A stretch of 63,943 nt of DNA, counting the filler. It is 6 parts of 6 records of this genome, joined end to end, with 100 filler letters (N's around TTAATTAATTAA, not from the genome) between each part and the next. Parts side by side here need not be neighbours in the genome. Positions count along the whole stretch, not along the records: positions 25,127 to 35,875 come from DRR723986_4878; positions 35,976 to 50,592 come from DRR723986_4885; 4 more parts are not named here. One strand, written 5' to 3'. The notes beneath the pieces were generated by a model that made no database searches, was not told the DNA's origin, and saw only the letters and a program-made list of their open reading frames with translations. The position numbers were made by a program, and so were the translations under genes. Positions 28,491-37,137 of this stretch are shown here, in pieces; position 1 is the first letter of the stretch; every line of letters starts with the position of its first letter.

Positions 28491-29678
28491 CTATTTGGCC
28501 AAACCAGCCTCGGCGGCGATGGCTGCACGCGATTTGCGCGCGCGTTCGGTGGCAGATTTCAATTGCCCACAGGCCGCCATAATATCTTCGCCGCGGGGCG
28601 TGCGAATGGGGCTGGCATAGCCCGCTTTGTAGATAATATCTGCAAAAGCCTCGATCTGCGCCCAGTCCGAGCGCTGATAGGGCGAGCCGGGCCATTCGTT
28701 AAACGGGATCAGATTGATCTTGGCGGGAATGCCCTTGATCAATTTCACCAGGCGGCGGGCATCTTCGGGGCTGTCATTCACCCCTTTCAGCATGACATAT
28801 TCAAATGTAATCCGCTCGGAATTGCTGGCCTTGGGATAGGCGCGCAGCGCATCCAGCAATGTGGCAATATTCCAGCGTTTATTGATGGGCACCAGGCGGT
28901 CGCGCACCTCGTCGGTGGTGGCGTGAAAACTGACGGCCAGCATACAGCCAATTTCCTGCGCACAGCGTGCAATTTCAGGCACCACACCGCTGGTTGACAG
29001 GGTAATACGGCGGCGCGACAGGCTGATACCTTCGCCATCCATGGCAATTTGCATCGCGTCGCGCACATTGTCGAAATTATACAGCGGCTCGCCCATGCCC
29101 ATCAGCACGATATTCGACAACAGGCGGGGCCGCTCGCCCATGCCTTCGCCTTTGTTGGGCCATTCGCCCAGATCGTCGCGTGCCAGCAAGATCTGGCCAA
29201 CAATCTCGCCCGCTGTCAGGTTGCGCACCAGTTTTTGCGTGCCTGTGTGGCAAAACGAGCATGTCAGCGTGCAGCCCACCTGGCTGGAAATGCACAAAGT
29301 GCCCCGATCTTCTTCGGGGATATACACCGTTTCCACCTCGTGCCCGCCAGCGATGCGCACCAGATATTTGCGCGTGCCATCCATACTGACCTGTTTTGAA
29401 ACGATCTCGGGCAGGGCGATGGTAAAATGCTGGGCCAATAGCGCGCGATAGTCTTTGGCCAGGTTGGTCATGGCGTCAAATTCCCGCACGCCCCAAAAAT
29501 AGACCCATTGCCAAATCTGGTTGACCCGCATTTTGGCCTGCTTTTCAGGGGTTCCAACGGCAATCAGCGCATCGCGCAGGGCATCGCGTGTCAGGCCCAC
29601 AATATTTGTGGGGCCTTCGGGCAATGTGCGGGGCAATGTCAAAACATCTTGTGTGATCGGTGCCGATGCGGTGGTCAT
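28491..29678 (-). CDS. rlmN: 23S rRNA/tRNA C2-methyltransferase RlmN
   Basis: [18 protein letters not shown] radical-SAM motif, MGMGEPL, AACGQL. Confidence 0.98.
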   Translation of the reverse strand: MTTASAPITQDVLTLPRTLPEGPTNIVGLTRDALRDALIAVGTPEKQAKMRVNQIWQWVYFWGVREFDAMTNLAKDYRALLAQHFTIALPEIVSKQVSMDGTRKYLVRIAGGHEVETVYIPEEDRGTLCISSQVGCTLTCSFCHTGTQKLVRNLTAGEIVGQILLARDDLGEWPNKGEGMGERPRLLSNIVLMGMGEPLYNFDNVRDAMQIAMDGEGISLSRRRITLSTSGVVPEIARCAQEIGCMLAVSFHATTDEVRDRLVPINKRWNIATLLDALRAYPKASNSERITFEYVMLKGVNDSPEDARRLVKLIKGIPAKINLIPFNEWPGSPYQRSDWAQIEAFADIIYKAGYASPIRTPRGEDIMAACGQLKSATERARKSRAAIAAEAGLAK

Positions 29679-29822
29679 GCGCGTGCTCCTGGGCCAGGTC
29701 AGGTGGCCAAAATGGGGGGCCAAGCCGGGCCAATACACCAGATCGGCGCGCATGACAAAGGTTTCAAGCACCCGGGCGCCATACTGTGGCCGCGACGCGC
29801 CAGCAAACTGGCCCCGCCGCGC

Positions 29823-31151
29823 CTATGCCAGCGCGGCTTCGGCAGCCGCGGCCATGCGCAGCAGCCGGTCTTCGCCCATGGCTTGGCCCATCAGCATAAT
29901 GCCGCAGCTGGGCACACCTGTGGGCAAGGTCACGGCGCTGAGGCCCAGCAAATTGCCAATACGGGTGTTGCGCAGGGTCAGCAGGTTTTCGGTAACGAAA
30001 TACTGCGCATCCGATTCCAGCCGCGCCACATCGGGCGGCAGGTTCGGGGTGGCAGGCAACAGCACAGCATCAAAGCCTGCCACGCGCGCGGCCCAGGTTT
30101 GGCGCAACTGATCCAGCTTTAGCCATGCAGAAACAAATTCGGGGCCCGAAACAGTGGCGCCACCGCGGAACCGTTCCAGCACTTGTTGATGCATCAGGTG
30201 GGGGGCGGCCTCGATCTGTTCGTGCCACTGGCCATAGGCTTCGGGGGCGAAAAGCGTGGGCGCCAATGCCATGGCCTCGGCCACCTCGGGCGCATCCAGC
30301 ACCACAATCTCGGCGCCCGCCGCGCGCAACCGATCCAGGGCCGAACGATAGGCCGCATCGGGCGCATCGCGCAGATCATCCATTGCCACAGTGTTCAGCG
30401 CGGCAAAGCGGCGCCCTTGCAGGCTGGCACCGCGCAGATCAGGCGCGCGCCGCCCTTCCAAGGCGGCAAAAATCAGCGCGGCATCTTCCACCGTGCGGCA
30501 GAGCGGCCCCACCGTATCAAAGCGCGCACACAGCGGCACCACCCCCTGCAACGACACCCGACCAGCCGTGGTTTTCAACCCCACCAGATCATTCCACGCC
30601 GAGGGCACCCGCACCGAGCCGCCCGTATCGCTGCCAATGCCAGCCGCGGCCAAACCAAAGGCCACCGATGTGGCCGCCCCCGAGCTAGACCCCCCCGGCG
30701 CCAAGGCAGGGTTGTGCACATTGGGCGGCGTGGCTGTAACCGGGTTTACCCCCAAACCGGAAAACGCCAGTTCGGTCATGTGGGTTTTGCCCAGGCAAAC
30801 CAGCCCCATTTGCGTGGCATTGCGCAGCACCAGCGCATCAGCAGCAGGCATTCGCCCCGCCAACAATGCACTGCCCGCCTCGGTGGCGGTTCCAGCGGTA
30901 TCAAACAGGTCTTTCCAGCTGATCGGCACACCATCCAACACCGACAGCCGGTGGCCAGTGGCGGCACGCTGGCGCGCGGCATGGGCCTCGGCCAAGGCGC
31001 GGTCTTGGGTGGTGCGGGCATAGATGCGGTCGCGCTGCGGGTGTTCGGCAATGGCTGCCAGATAGGTTTCCGCCAATGCCACAGGGTCGATCTGCCCGGC
31101 CCCAATCGCGCGGCCCAAATCTGCGGCGCTTTTCCACAACCATTCCTGCAT
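29823..31151 (-). CDS. Amidase signature family protein
   Basis: WKDLFD, PGGSSSG, GSDTGGSVRVP. Confidence 0.95.
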   Translation of the reverse strand: MQEWLWKSAADLGRAIGAGQIDPVALAETYLAAIAEHPQRDRIYARTTQDRALAEAHAARQRAATGHRLSVLDGVPISWKDLFDTAGTATEAGSALLAGRMPAADALVLRNATQMGLVCLGKTHMTELAFSGLGVNPVTATPPNVHNPALAPGGSSSGAATSVAFGLAAAGIGSDTGGSVRVPSAWNDLVGLKTTAGRVSLQGVVPLCARFDTVGPLCRTVEDAALIFAALEGRRAPDLRGASLQGRRFAALNTVAMDDLRDAPDAAYRSALDRLRAAGAEIVVLDAPEVAEAMALAPTLFAPEAYGQWHEQIEAAPHLMHQQVLERFRGGATVSGPEFVSAWLKLDQLRQTWAARVAGFDAVLLPATPNLPPDVARLESDAQYFVTENLLTLRNTRIGNLLGLSAVTLPTGVPSCGIMLMGQAMGEDRLLRMAAAAEAALA

Positions 31152-31238
31152 TGCCAGCTCCCTTTGGGTGATGTTTGCACAGACGGTAGCGGCACGGCGG
31201 CACATGGACAATCCCCACAATTCCACCATATTGGGCCC

Positions 31239-32459
31239 ATGACCTATGACAGCGATCTTTTGATTATTGGCGGCGGGCTGAACGGGCCCGCCATGGCACT
31301 GGCGGCAGCCCATGCAGGCCTGAGCGCCACGGTAATAGATGCACAGCCCGCAGCCGGGCTGCTGCGCGACGATTTTGATGGCCGCGCCTATGCGCTGGCC
31401 TTATCCTCGGTGCGCATGCTGCGCGCCTTAGGCCTGTGGGATGAGCTGGCCCAGCACGCCCAGCCCATGCTGGAAATCAAGGTCAGCGACGGGCGCGCGG
31501 GCGAAGGGCCGTTGATGCCGTTTTTCCTGCATTTCGACCATGGTGAAATCGAAGAAGGCCCGATGGGCCACATGATGGAAGACAGGTTTTTGCGCCGCGC
31601 CCTGAATGCGGCGATGCAAAAAAGCGGCGCCATCACGGTTTTGAATGGCGAAACCGTAACCCAGCAAAATACCACATCAGGCCATGCCGAGGTTACGCTG
31701 GCCTCGGGGCGGCAGCTGCGTGCGCGGCTGCTGGTGGGCGCAGATGGGCGCAGATCGGGCACAGCCAGCCGGGCAGGCATTGGGCGCATGGGCTGGGACT
31801 ATGGGCAAACCGCCTTGGTTTGTGCCATCCAGCATGACTTGCCCCATAATGGCGTGGCGCATCAGTTCTTTATGCCCCCCGGCCCGCTGGCCATTTTGCC
31901 CCTGCCGGGCAACCGCAGCTCGATCGTGTGGTCGGAAACCCACGAAACCGCACAGCGCTTTATGGGTTTGGATGATGCGGCGTTTTTGCAGATGCTGCGC
32001 CCCCGCTTTGGCGATTTTCTGGGCGATATTTCCCTGGCTGGCCAGCGCTTTAGCTATCCGCTGGGGTTGACCGTGGCCAAGGCTTTTGCAGCCGCCAACC
32101 TGGCGCTTGTGGGGGATGCGGCCCATGGCATGCACCCGATTGCCGGGCAGGGGCTGAACGCCGGGCTGCGCGATGTGGCGGCTTTGGCGCATGTGCTGCG
32201 CGACGCGCGCCATTGCGGCGAGGATATCGGCAGTATCGCGGTGCTGGAACGCTATCAACAGTGGCGGCGTTTCGATACCGCCACCCTGTCGCTGACCACA
32301 GACCTGACGAACAAGCTGTTTTCCAACGATAACCCCCTGTTGCGGGCGGTGCGCGGTATTGGCATGGGGGCGGTAAATGCCCTGCCCGCCCTGCGCCGCG
32401 GCCTGATGCGCGAGGCCGCCGGCCTAACCGGCGATCTGCCGGCGCTGATGCGCGGCTAG
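31239..32459 (+). CDS. UbiH/UbiL family FAD-dependent ubiquinone hydroxylase
   Basis: IIGGGLNG, GADG, GDAAHGMHPIAGQGLNAGLRD; true start MTYDSD at 31239. Confidence 0.93.
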   Translation: MTYDSDLLIIGGGLNGPAMALAAAHAGLSATVIDAQPAAGLLRDDFDGRAYALALSSVRMLRALGLWDELAQHAQPMLEIKVSDGRAGEGPLMPFFLHFDHGEIEEGPMGHMMEDRFLRRALNAAMQKSGAITVLNGETVTQQNTTSGHAEVTLASGRQLRARLLVGADGRRSGTASRAGIGRMGWDYGQTALVCAIQHDLPHNGVAHQFFMPPGPLAILPLPGNRSSIVWSETHETAQRFMGLDDAAFLQMLRPRFGDFLGDISLAGQRFSYPLGLTVAKAFAAANLALVGDAAHGMHPIAGQGLNAGLRDVAALAHVLRDARHCGEDIGSIAVLERYQQWRRFDTATLSLTTDLTNKLFSNDNPLLRAVRGIGMGAVNALPALRRGLMREAAGLTGDLPALMRG

Positions 32460-32554
32460 GGTCGATCTAACGCTGCGTCATAAGCGCTGGAATTTGCCTG
32501 CACGTTGGTATTTGCTGCGCGCAGCGACAACGCGCAAACAGCAGGGAGAACGCG

Positions 32555-33139
32555 ATGTATCAGGTAATTGGCAGCACGCAAAGCCGTGCCTTCCGGGTGA
32601 TGTGGGCGCTAGAGGAGCTGGGCCAAGACTACGAACATATTGCCGCCAAGCCCCACACGCCAGAAGCTTTGGCTGTGAACCCATCGGGCAAGATTCCCGC
32701 GCTCAAGGTGGGCGATGATGTGCTGACCGATTCCAGCGCCATCCTGACCTATCTGGCCGATAAGCATGGCGCGCTGACCTTTGCCGCCGGCACGATCGAA
32801 CGCGCGCGCCAAGATGGGCTGACCCATATGGTGCTAGACGAGCTGGATGCCGTGCTGTGGACCGCCGCGCGCCATTCGTTCATTTTGCCCGAAGAACATC
32901 GCGTTCCGGCGGTGAAAGAGTCGCTGAAATGGGAATTTACCCGCAACGCAACGCGCCTGGCCGACTGTATCAAAGGCCCCTTCTTGATGGGCGAGACGAT
33001 GACAATCGCCGATATCATCGCCGCGCATTGCCTGAATTGGGCCTATAATGCCAAATTCGAAATCACCGATCAGCGGCTTTTGGATTATGCCAAATCCATG
33101 CGCGCGCGCGATGCGTTCAAGCGGGCAGTCGCCCGCTAA
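32555..33139 (+). CDS. Glutathione S-transferase family protein
   Basis: SRAFRVMWALEELG, NPSGKIPAL, TIADI. Confidence 0.95.
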   Translation: MYQVIGSTQSRAFRVMWALEELGQDYEHIAAKPHTPEALAVNPSGKIPALKVGDDVLTDSSAILTYLADKHGALTFAAGTIERARQDGLTHMVLDELDAVLWTAARHSFILPEEHRVPAVKESLKWEFTRNATRLADCIKGPFLMGETMTIADIIAAHCLNWAYNAKFEITDQRLLDYAKSMRARDAFKRAVAR

Positions 33140-33174
33140 ACCGCGGCCATCCACTGCGGGGGCTACTGCGGGGG

Positions 33175-34380
33175 CTAGGGGCGGTCTTGCCCCTGCCACC
33201 AGGCTGCGGCATGCCGCCCGGCCCAAAGGCCCGTTGCAAAACAGGCGGTTAACAAATAGCCGCCTGTGGGCGCCTCCCAATCCAGCATTTCGCCCGCGGC
33301 AAAGATACCTGGGGCGTCTTTCAGCATAAGCCCGCCATCCAGCGCATCGCGCCGCAGCCCGCCTGCGGTGGAAATAGCCTCGTCTATTGGGCACAGGCCC
33401 GCATGGGCCACAGGCAGGGATTTCAGCAACTCAGGCCAATGCGCAGGCGCAGGTGCCGCCCCCCCTGCCAGATGTTCCAACACCAAAGCCACCTTGGCCG
33501 GGGGCAGGCGCATGGCCCCGCGCAACCACTGCGCCAAACGGGCCTTGCGCAGGTTTTTGGGCAGGCGCGCGCGCAGCGCATCTATGGGCAGATCTGGCAC
33601 CAAATCTACCCACAGCGGCGCCCCTGCGCGCAACGCCGGGCTCAGCGGGTAAAGGCCCCCGCCCTCTAGGCCCCGGGCCGATAAAATGGCCTCGCCACGC
33701 GATAGGGTATCGCCCGCCCGCCAGCACACCGATTTGATCGGCGCGCCAAAATGCCCGGCCATATGCCCCGACCAGCGCACCTGCAGCGCCGCATTCGCCG
33801 GGGCAAAGGGCGTGACCGGCCCCAGCCATTCAGCCCAGGCGCCATCAGATCCCAACCGCGCCCAGCTGGCGCCCCCGCAGGCAACAACGGTAACACCGGG
33901 GCGCAGCTGCACCGGGCCATCAGGGGTGGCAAAGGCCTGGGCCCCGCCCGCACTGCCCTGCCAGCGCCATTGGCACCGCAGATCAACACCCAAACCCGCC
34001 AATTGCCCCAGCCAGGCCCGCAACAGCGGCGATGCTTTCATGGCCACCGGAAATACCCGCCCGCTGCTGCCCGTAAACACAGGCTGGCCCAGCGCCATGG
34101 CCCAGCGCTGCACGGCATCGGCATCGAAGGCAGAAATCATCGGTGCCAGCCAGTCGGCGGCCTGGCCATACTGGGCCAAAAACGCCGGCCGCGGTTCTGC
34201 CTTGGTCAGGTTCAGGCCAGATTTACCCGCCATCAAAAATTTGCGCGCGGGGCTGGGCTTGGCCTCGGCCACCAGCACCTGCAGGCCGGCCTGCGCCATG
34301 GCCGTGGCGGCCATCAGCCCGGCGGGGCCTGCGCCGATAACCAGCGCGTCTGGGTTAGGGGGGTGGGGCTGCGGGGGCAT
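33175..34380 (-). CDS. HI0933-like flavoprotein (TIGR03862 family)
   Basis: GAGPAGLMAA, RKFLMAGKSGLNLT, GEMLDWEAPTGGYLL. Confidence 0.93.
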   Translation of the reverse strand: MPPQPHPPNPDALVIGAGPAGLMAATAMAQAGLQVLVAEAKPSPARKFLMAGKSGLNLTKAEPRPAFLAQYGQAADWLAPMISAFDADAVQRWAMALGQPVFTGSSGRVFPVAMKASPLLRAWLGQLAGLGVDLRCQWRWQGSAGGAQAFATPDGPVQLRPGVTVVACGGASWARLGSDGAWAEWLGPVTPFAPANAALQVRWSGHMAGHFGAPIKSVCWRAGDTLSRGEAILSARGLEGGGLYPLSPALRAGAPLWVDLVPDLPIDALRARLPKNLRKARLAQWLRGAMRLPPAKVALVLEHLAGGAAPAPAHWPELLKSLPVAHAGLCPIDEAISTAGGLRRDALDGGLMLKDAPGIFAAGEMLDWEAPTGGYLLTACFATGLWAGRHAAAWWQGQDRP

Positions 34381-35710
34381 GGGTGATGGCTGCTTGGGCT
34401 ATGGGGCTGCGCAGTTCAACCACGCGGTGGGGATAGGGTATCTCGATACCATTGTCCTTGAGCGCGTTCCAGATCGCAAACAGCACTTGGCTGGTATAGC
34501 GGTTTTTGCCGTCATCGATGCCATTCACCCAAAACTCACATGCGAAATCTACCCCCGATTCGCCAAAACCGCGCAGCTCGCAATCGGGTGGATCGGGCTG
34601 CTGCAGCACAAAGGGCAGGGCCGCCACGGCTGCCTCGATCAGGGCGGGCACACGGTTGATATCGGTGTCATAGGCCACGGAAAATGGCGCCTCATAGCGC
34701 TTGGCACTGCCCGCATCTGAATAGTTCACAACCCGGGTGACAATGAAATCTTCGTTGGGCACCACCACCCATTTGCCATCAAAGGTTTCCAAAATCGCGG
34801 CGCGTGCGGTCATTTTCACGATTGTGCCAGCCTGCCCGCCATCAAGCTCGACGTAATCACCGACGGTGGTTTGCCCCTCGAGCAGCAAAATCACCCCCGA
34901 GATAAAATTCGAAGCAATCTTTTGCAGGCCAAAGCCCAGCCCAACACCCACAGCGCCCCCCAGCACCGCAAGCGAGGTCAGCGACACCCCCATGATGTTC
35001 ATCGCAATCAGAAAGGCGGCGCCAAAAATAGCCACTTCGGCTGCCTTTTCGGCCAGTTGCCGGGTGGCGGGGCGCAGCTGCTCTTGGGTTTGCAGAAACT
35101 GGGCAGATTGGCTGTTTGACCAGCGGCCAAGCCAAAACAGCCCCGCCCCAACTACCACAAACTGTAGCAACCACAGCAGGTTAAACGACAGGTTGCCCAA
35201 GGGCACAGTGGTGTTTTCCAACACATTAGCCAGCGGCAATAGCAGCCCCAGCACATAAAGCGCGGCCACCGGCAACACCACAAAGCGGCCCATCGCGCGG
35301 GGCAGCGGGCCGCGCAGAATATCGCGCACCAAGATACGTGCCGCCACGAATAGAAACACCCGTTTGCCAAAGGCAATGATGGCGCCGCTGTCAAACATGG
35401 TGCGGGTGATGGTTTCGCCCAGCGCCGTCAAGGCATAGGCCAGCAACGGCAGAAGCAGCGGCAAGAACATCAGCGCAAAGCGGCGCAGCTTGGCCAGCGG
35501 GCCTGCATGATCGGCAGGGGGCGCCAGCCATCGGCCAAGGGCCGGGCCCATGCGCCGCACAGCCACCGCAGCCACGGCATAGGCCAGCACCAACAGCGCC
35601 AGCTGCGACCAGGCCGCCGGGCTTTGCAGCCAGTCGCGCGCCAGATCAAATGCCTGTAACGCAAAGTCGCGGGCGCCTTGGCCGCCCGGCACCAGTGTCG
35701 ACAAACCCAT
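34355..35710 (-). CDS. Small-conductance mechanosensitive channel (MscS family)
   Basis: GAVGVGLGFGLQKIASNFISG, VVVPNE, IEIPYP. Confidence 0.95.
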   Translation of the reverse strand: MGLSTLVPGGQGARDFALQAFDLARDWLQSPAAWSQLALLVLAYAVAAVAVRRMGPALGRWLAPPADHAGPLAKLRRFALMFLPLLLPLLAYALTALGETITRTMFDSGAIIAFGKRVFLFVAARILVRDILRGPLPRAMGRFVVLPVAALYVLGLLLPLANVLENTTVPLGNLSFNLLWLLQFVVVGAGLFWLGRWSNSQSAQFLQTQEQLRPATRQLAEKAAEVAIFGAAFLIAMNIMGVSLTSLAVLGGAVGVGLGFGLQKIASNFISGVILLLEGQTTVGDYVELDGGQAGTIVKMTARAAILETFDGKWVVVPNEDFIVTRVVNYSDAGSAKRYEAPFSVAYDTDINRVPALIEAAVAALPFVLQQPDPPDCELRGFGESGVDFACEFWVNGIDDGKNRYTSQVLFAIWNALKDNGIEIPYPHRVVELRSPIAQAAITHAPAAPPP

Positions 35711-35782
35711 ATAACCACCTACATTTTCTCACATGCGCCACGCCAAAGGCTGCGCCCCACTGTGATAGCCAAGGACTGGCCA

Positions 35783-35875
35783 ATGGACCATCCCTTTTGC
35801 GCCCTATGCGGGCGCCCCGTGCCCCCGCATGCACGCCAAAGCCGCCATCATCTGATCCCCAAGCTGAAGGGCGGC
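35783..35875 (+). CDS. Small HNH endonuclease-like protein (3' truncated)
   Basis: CALCGR...HHLIPKLKGG. Confidence 0.7.
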
Positions 35876-35975
35876 NNNNNNNNNNNNNNNNNNNNNNNNN
35901 NNNNNNNNNNNNNNNNNNNTTAATTAATTAANNNNNNNNNNNNNNNNNNNNNNNNNNNNNNNNNNNNNNNNNNNN
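35876..35975. other. Artificial contig spacer
   Basis: N-run, TTAATTAATTAA, N-run. Confidence 0.99.
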
Positions 35976-36164
35976 GTAATAAAACCCTTTGCGATCATCG
36001 ACATGGAACGAGGCTGATTTTTCGTGATGAAATGGGCATGGCGCCCACATGTCGCCCTTGCCTTGATTGGACTTGCGCGGATCCCACATGACTTTGCGCC
36101 CTACAACCTGTGACAGGCTAGAGCGGCTCCGCAGTTCATCTAAAAATCCGGGGGGCAATGACAT
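35976..36164 (-). CDS. dnaG: DNA primase (5' fragment)
   Basis: CPFHHEKSASFHV zinc-binding domain. Confidence 0.95.
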
Positions 36165-36248
36165 GGCGCTAATCTGTCAGAAACAAAGACGCGCGCCAAG
36201 AGAGGCACGCGTGTTGTCCACAGGTCGTCCACAATAAATTGGCGACAC

Positions 36249-36560
36249 TCACTGTTGCAGGCACAGCTCCAACCAAGCAGCCGCCATATCCTCGTTGCGC
36301 ACCACTTTCATTTTTTGGTCAAAGACCCACGGGGCCATCAACGGGATCGCGGCGTTGTAATTGTCAGGCCAGCTTGGGTTGGTGGCGGCAATTGCTGCCG
36401 GCACCTCTCGTTCTTTGACCCGATCCAAACGCGCCTTTTGAATAGCGGCCACCACCTGTGATTGGTATTCACAGCTTTGTTTTTTGCTGTCTGCAGCAAA
36501 AGTAGGCGCAGCCATCAGGACAGCAGCAGTGGCAAGACAAGTAAGGCGGATCATGGGCAT
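36249..36560 (-). CDS. Hypothetical secreted protein
   Basis: Signal peptide ending APTFA; two Cys. Confidence 0.7.
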   Translation of the reverse strand: MPMIRLTCLATAAVLMAAPTFAADSKKQSCEYQSQVVAAIQKARLDRVKEREVPAAIAATNPSWPDNYNAAIPLMAPWVFDQKMKVVRNEDMAAAWLELCLQQ

Positions 36561-36591
36561 CGGCTCCGGAATCAGTTTTGTTGCACGCAGA

Positions 36592-37137
36592 CTACCCGCG
36601 TGCAACAATAGCTTCCATCGCCGTTTTCACATCATGCACAAGCGTCTCAGCCATCGACCGGAACACCATGATCTCAAAGGTGTCCGCATCGACCCGCGTG
36701 ACCGAACCGGACATGTGCATCACTAGGGTGCGCGCCGTCTGTCCAACTGCAAACTCCGATAGACGCACATCCACAGGCACCAATCGCGACAACACCGCCT
36801 CGACAGATGGCCCGTTCAGACGCACAACGCTCCAAGCATCGGATTGATCCACCAGTGCTGCATGGGCCGACAGCCCCGCATCCGCGACCGGACCAATCAG
36901 CAATGCTTGTCCATACCCGAACCAGACAGCGCGCGCGCCATCCCCCTGCGTAGCGGTGCCGGCCTCAGGATAGGCAACGCCATGCGTGCCCTCCATGGCT
37001 TTGGACAACGCCCCCTGCTGGCCTTTGTAAGGGGCCAGCGACGTCAGACTGCCGGGGGTCTCTTCGTTCAGCGACATCTTGCCGATTGTCAGGGGCAACA
37101 GGCCCGCACAGGGGCTCTTGGCTAGCAAATTATCCAC
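36592..37137 (-). CDS. soxG: Sarcosine oxidase subunit gamma
   Basis: VDQSDAW, IMVFRSMA; last gene of soxBDAG; GTG start overlaps soxA. Confidence 0.9.
   Translation of the reverse strand: MDNLLAKSPCAGLLPLTIGKMSLNEETPGSLTSLAPYKGQQGALSKAMEGTHGVAYPEAGTATQGDGARAVWFGYGQALLIGPVADAGLSAHAALVDQSDAWSVVRLNGPSVEAVLSRLVPVDVRLSEFAVGQTARTLVMHMSGSVTRVDADTFEIMVFRSMAETLVHDVKTAMEAIVARG

Noticed and set aside
30183-31238. 758-aa ORF suggesting an N-terminal fusion on the Ubi hydroxylase
   Set aside because: The extension is the antisense shadow of the amidase; the real start is 31239.
33153-33176. 12-bp tandem duplication actgcgggggct
   Set aside because: Two copies between convergent genes; likely replication slippage.
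35783-35875. HNH fragment as a defence or mobile element
   Set aside because: Only 31 codons are visible, in a housekeeping context.
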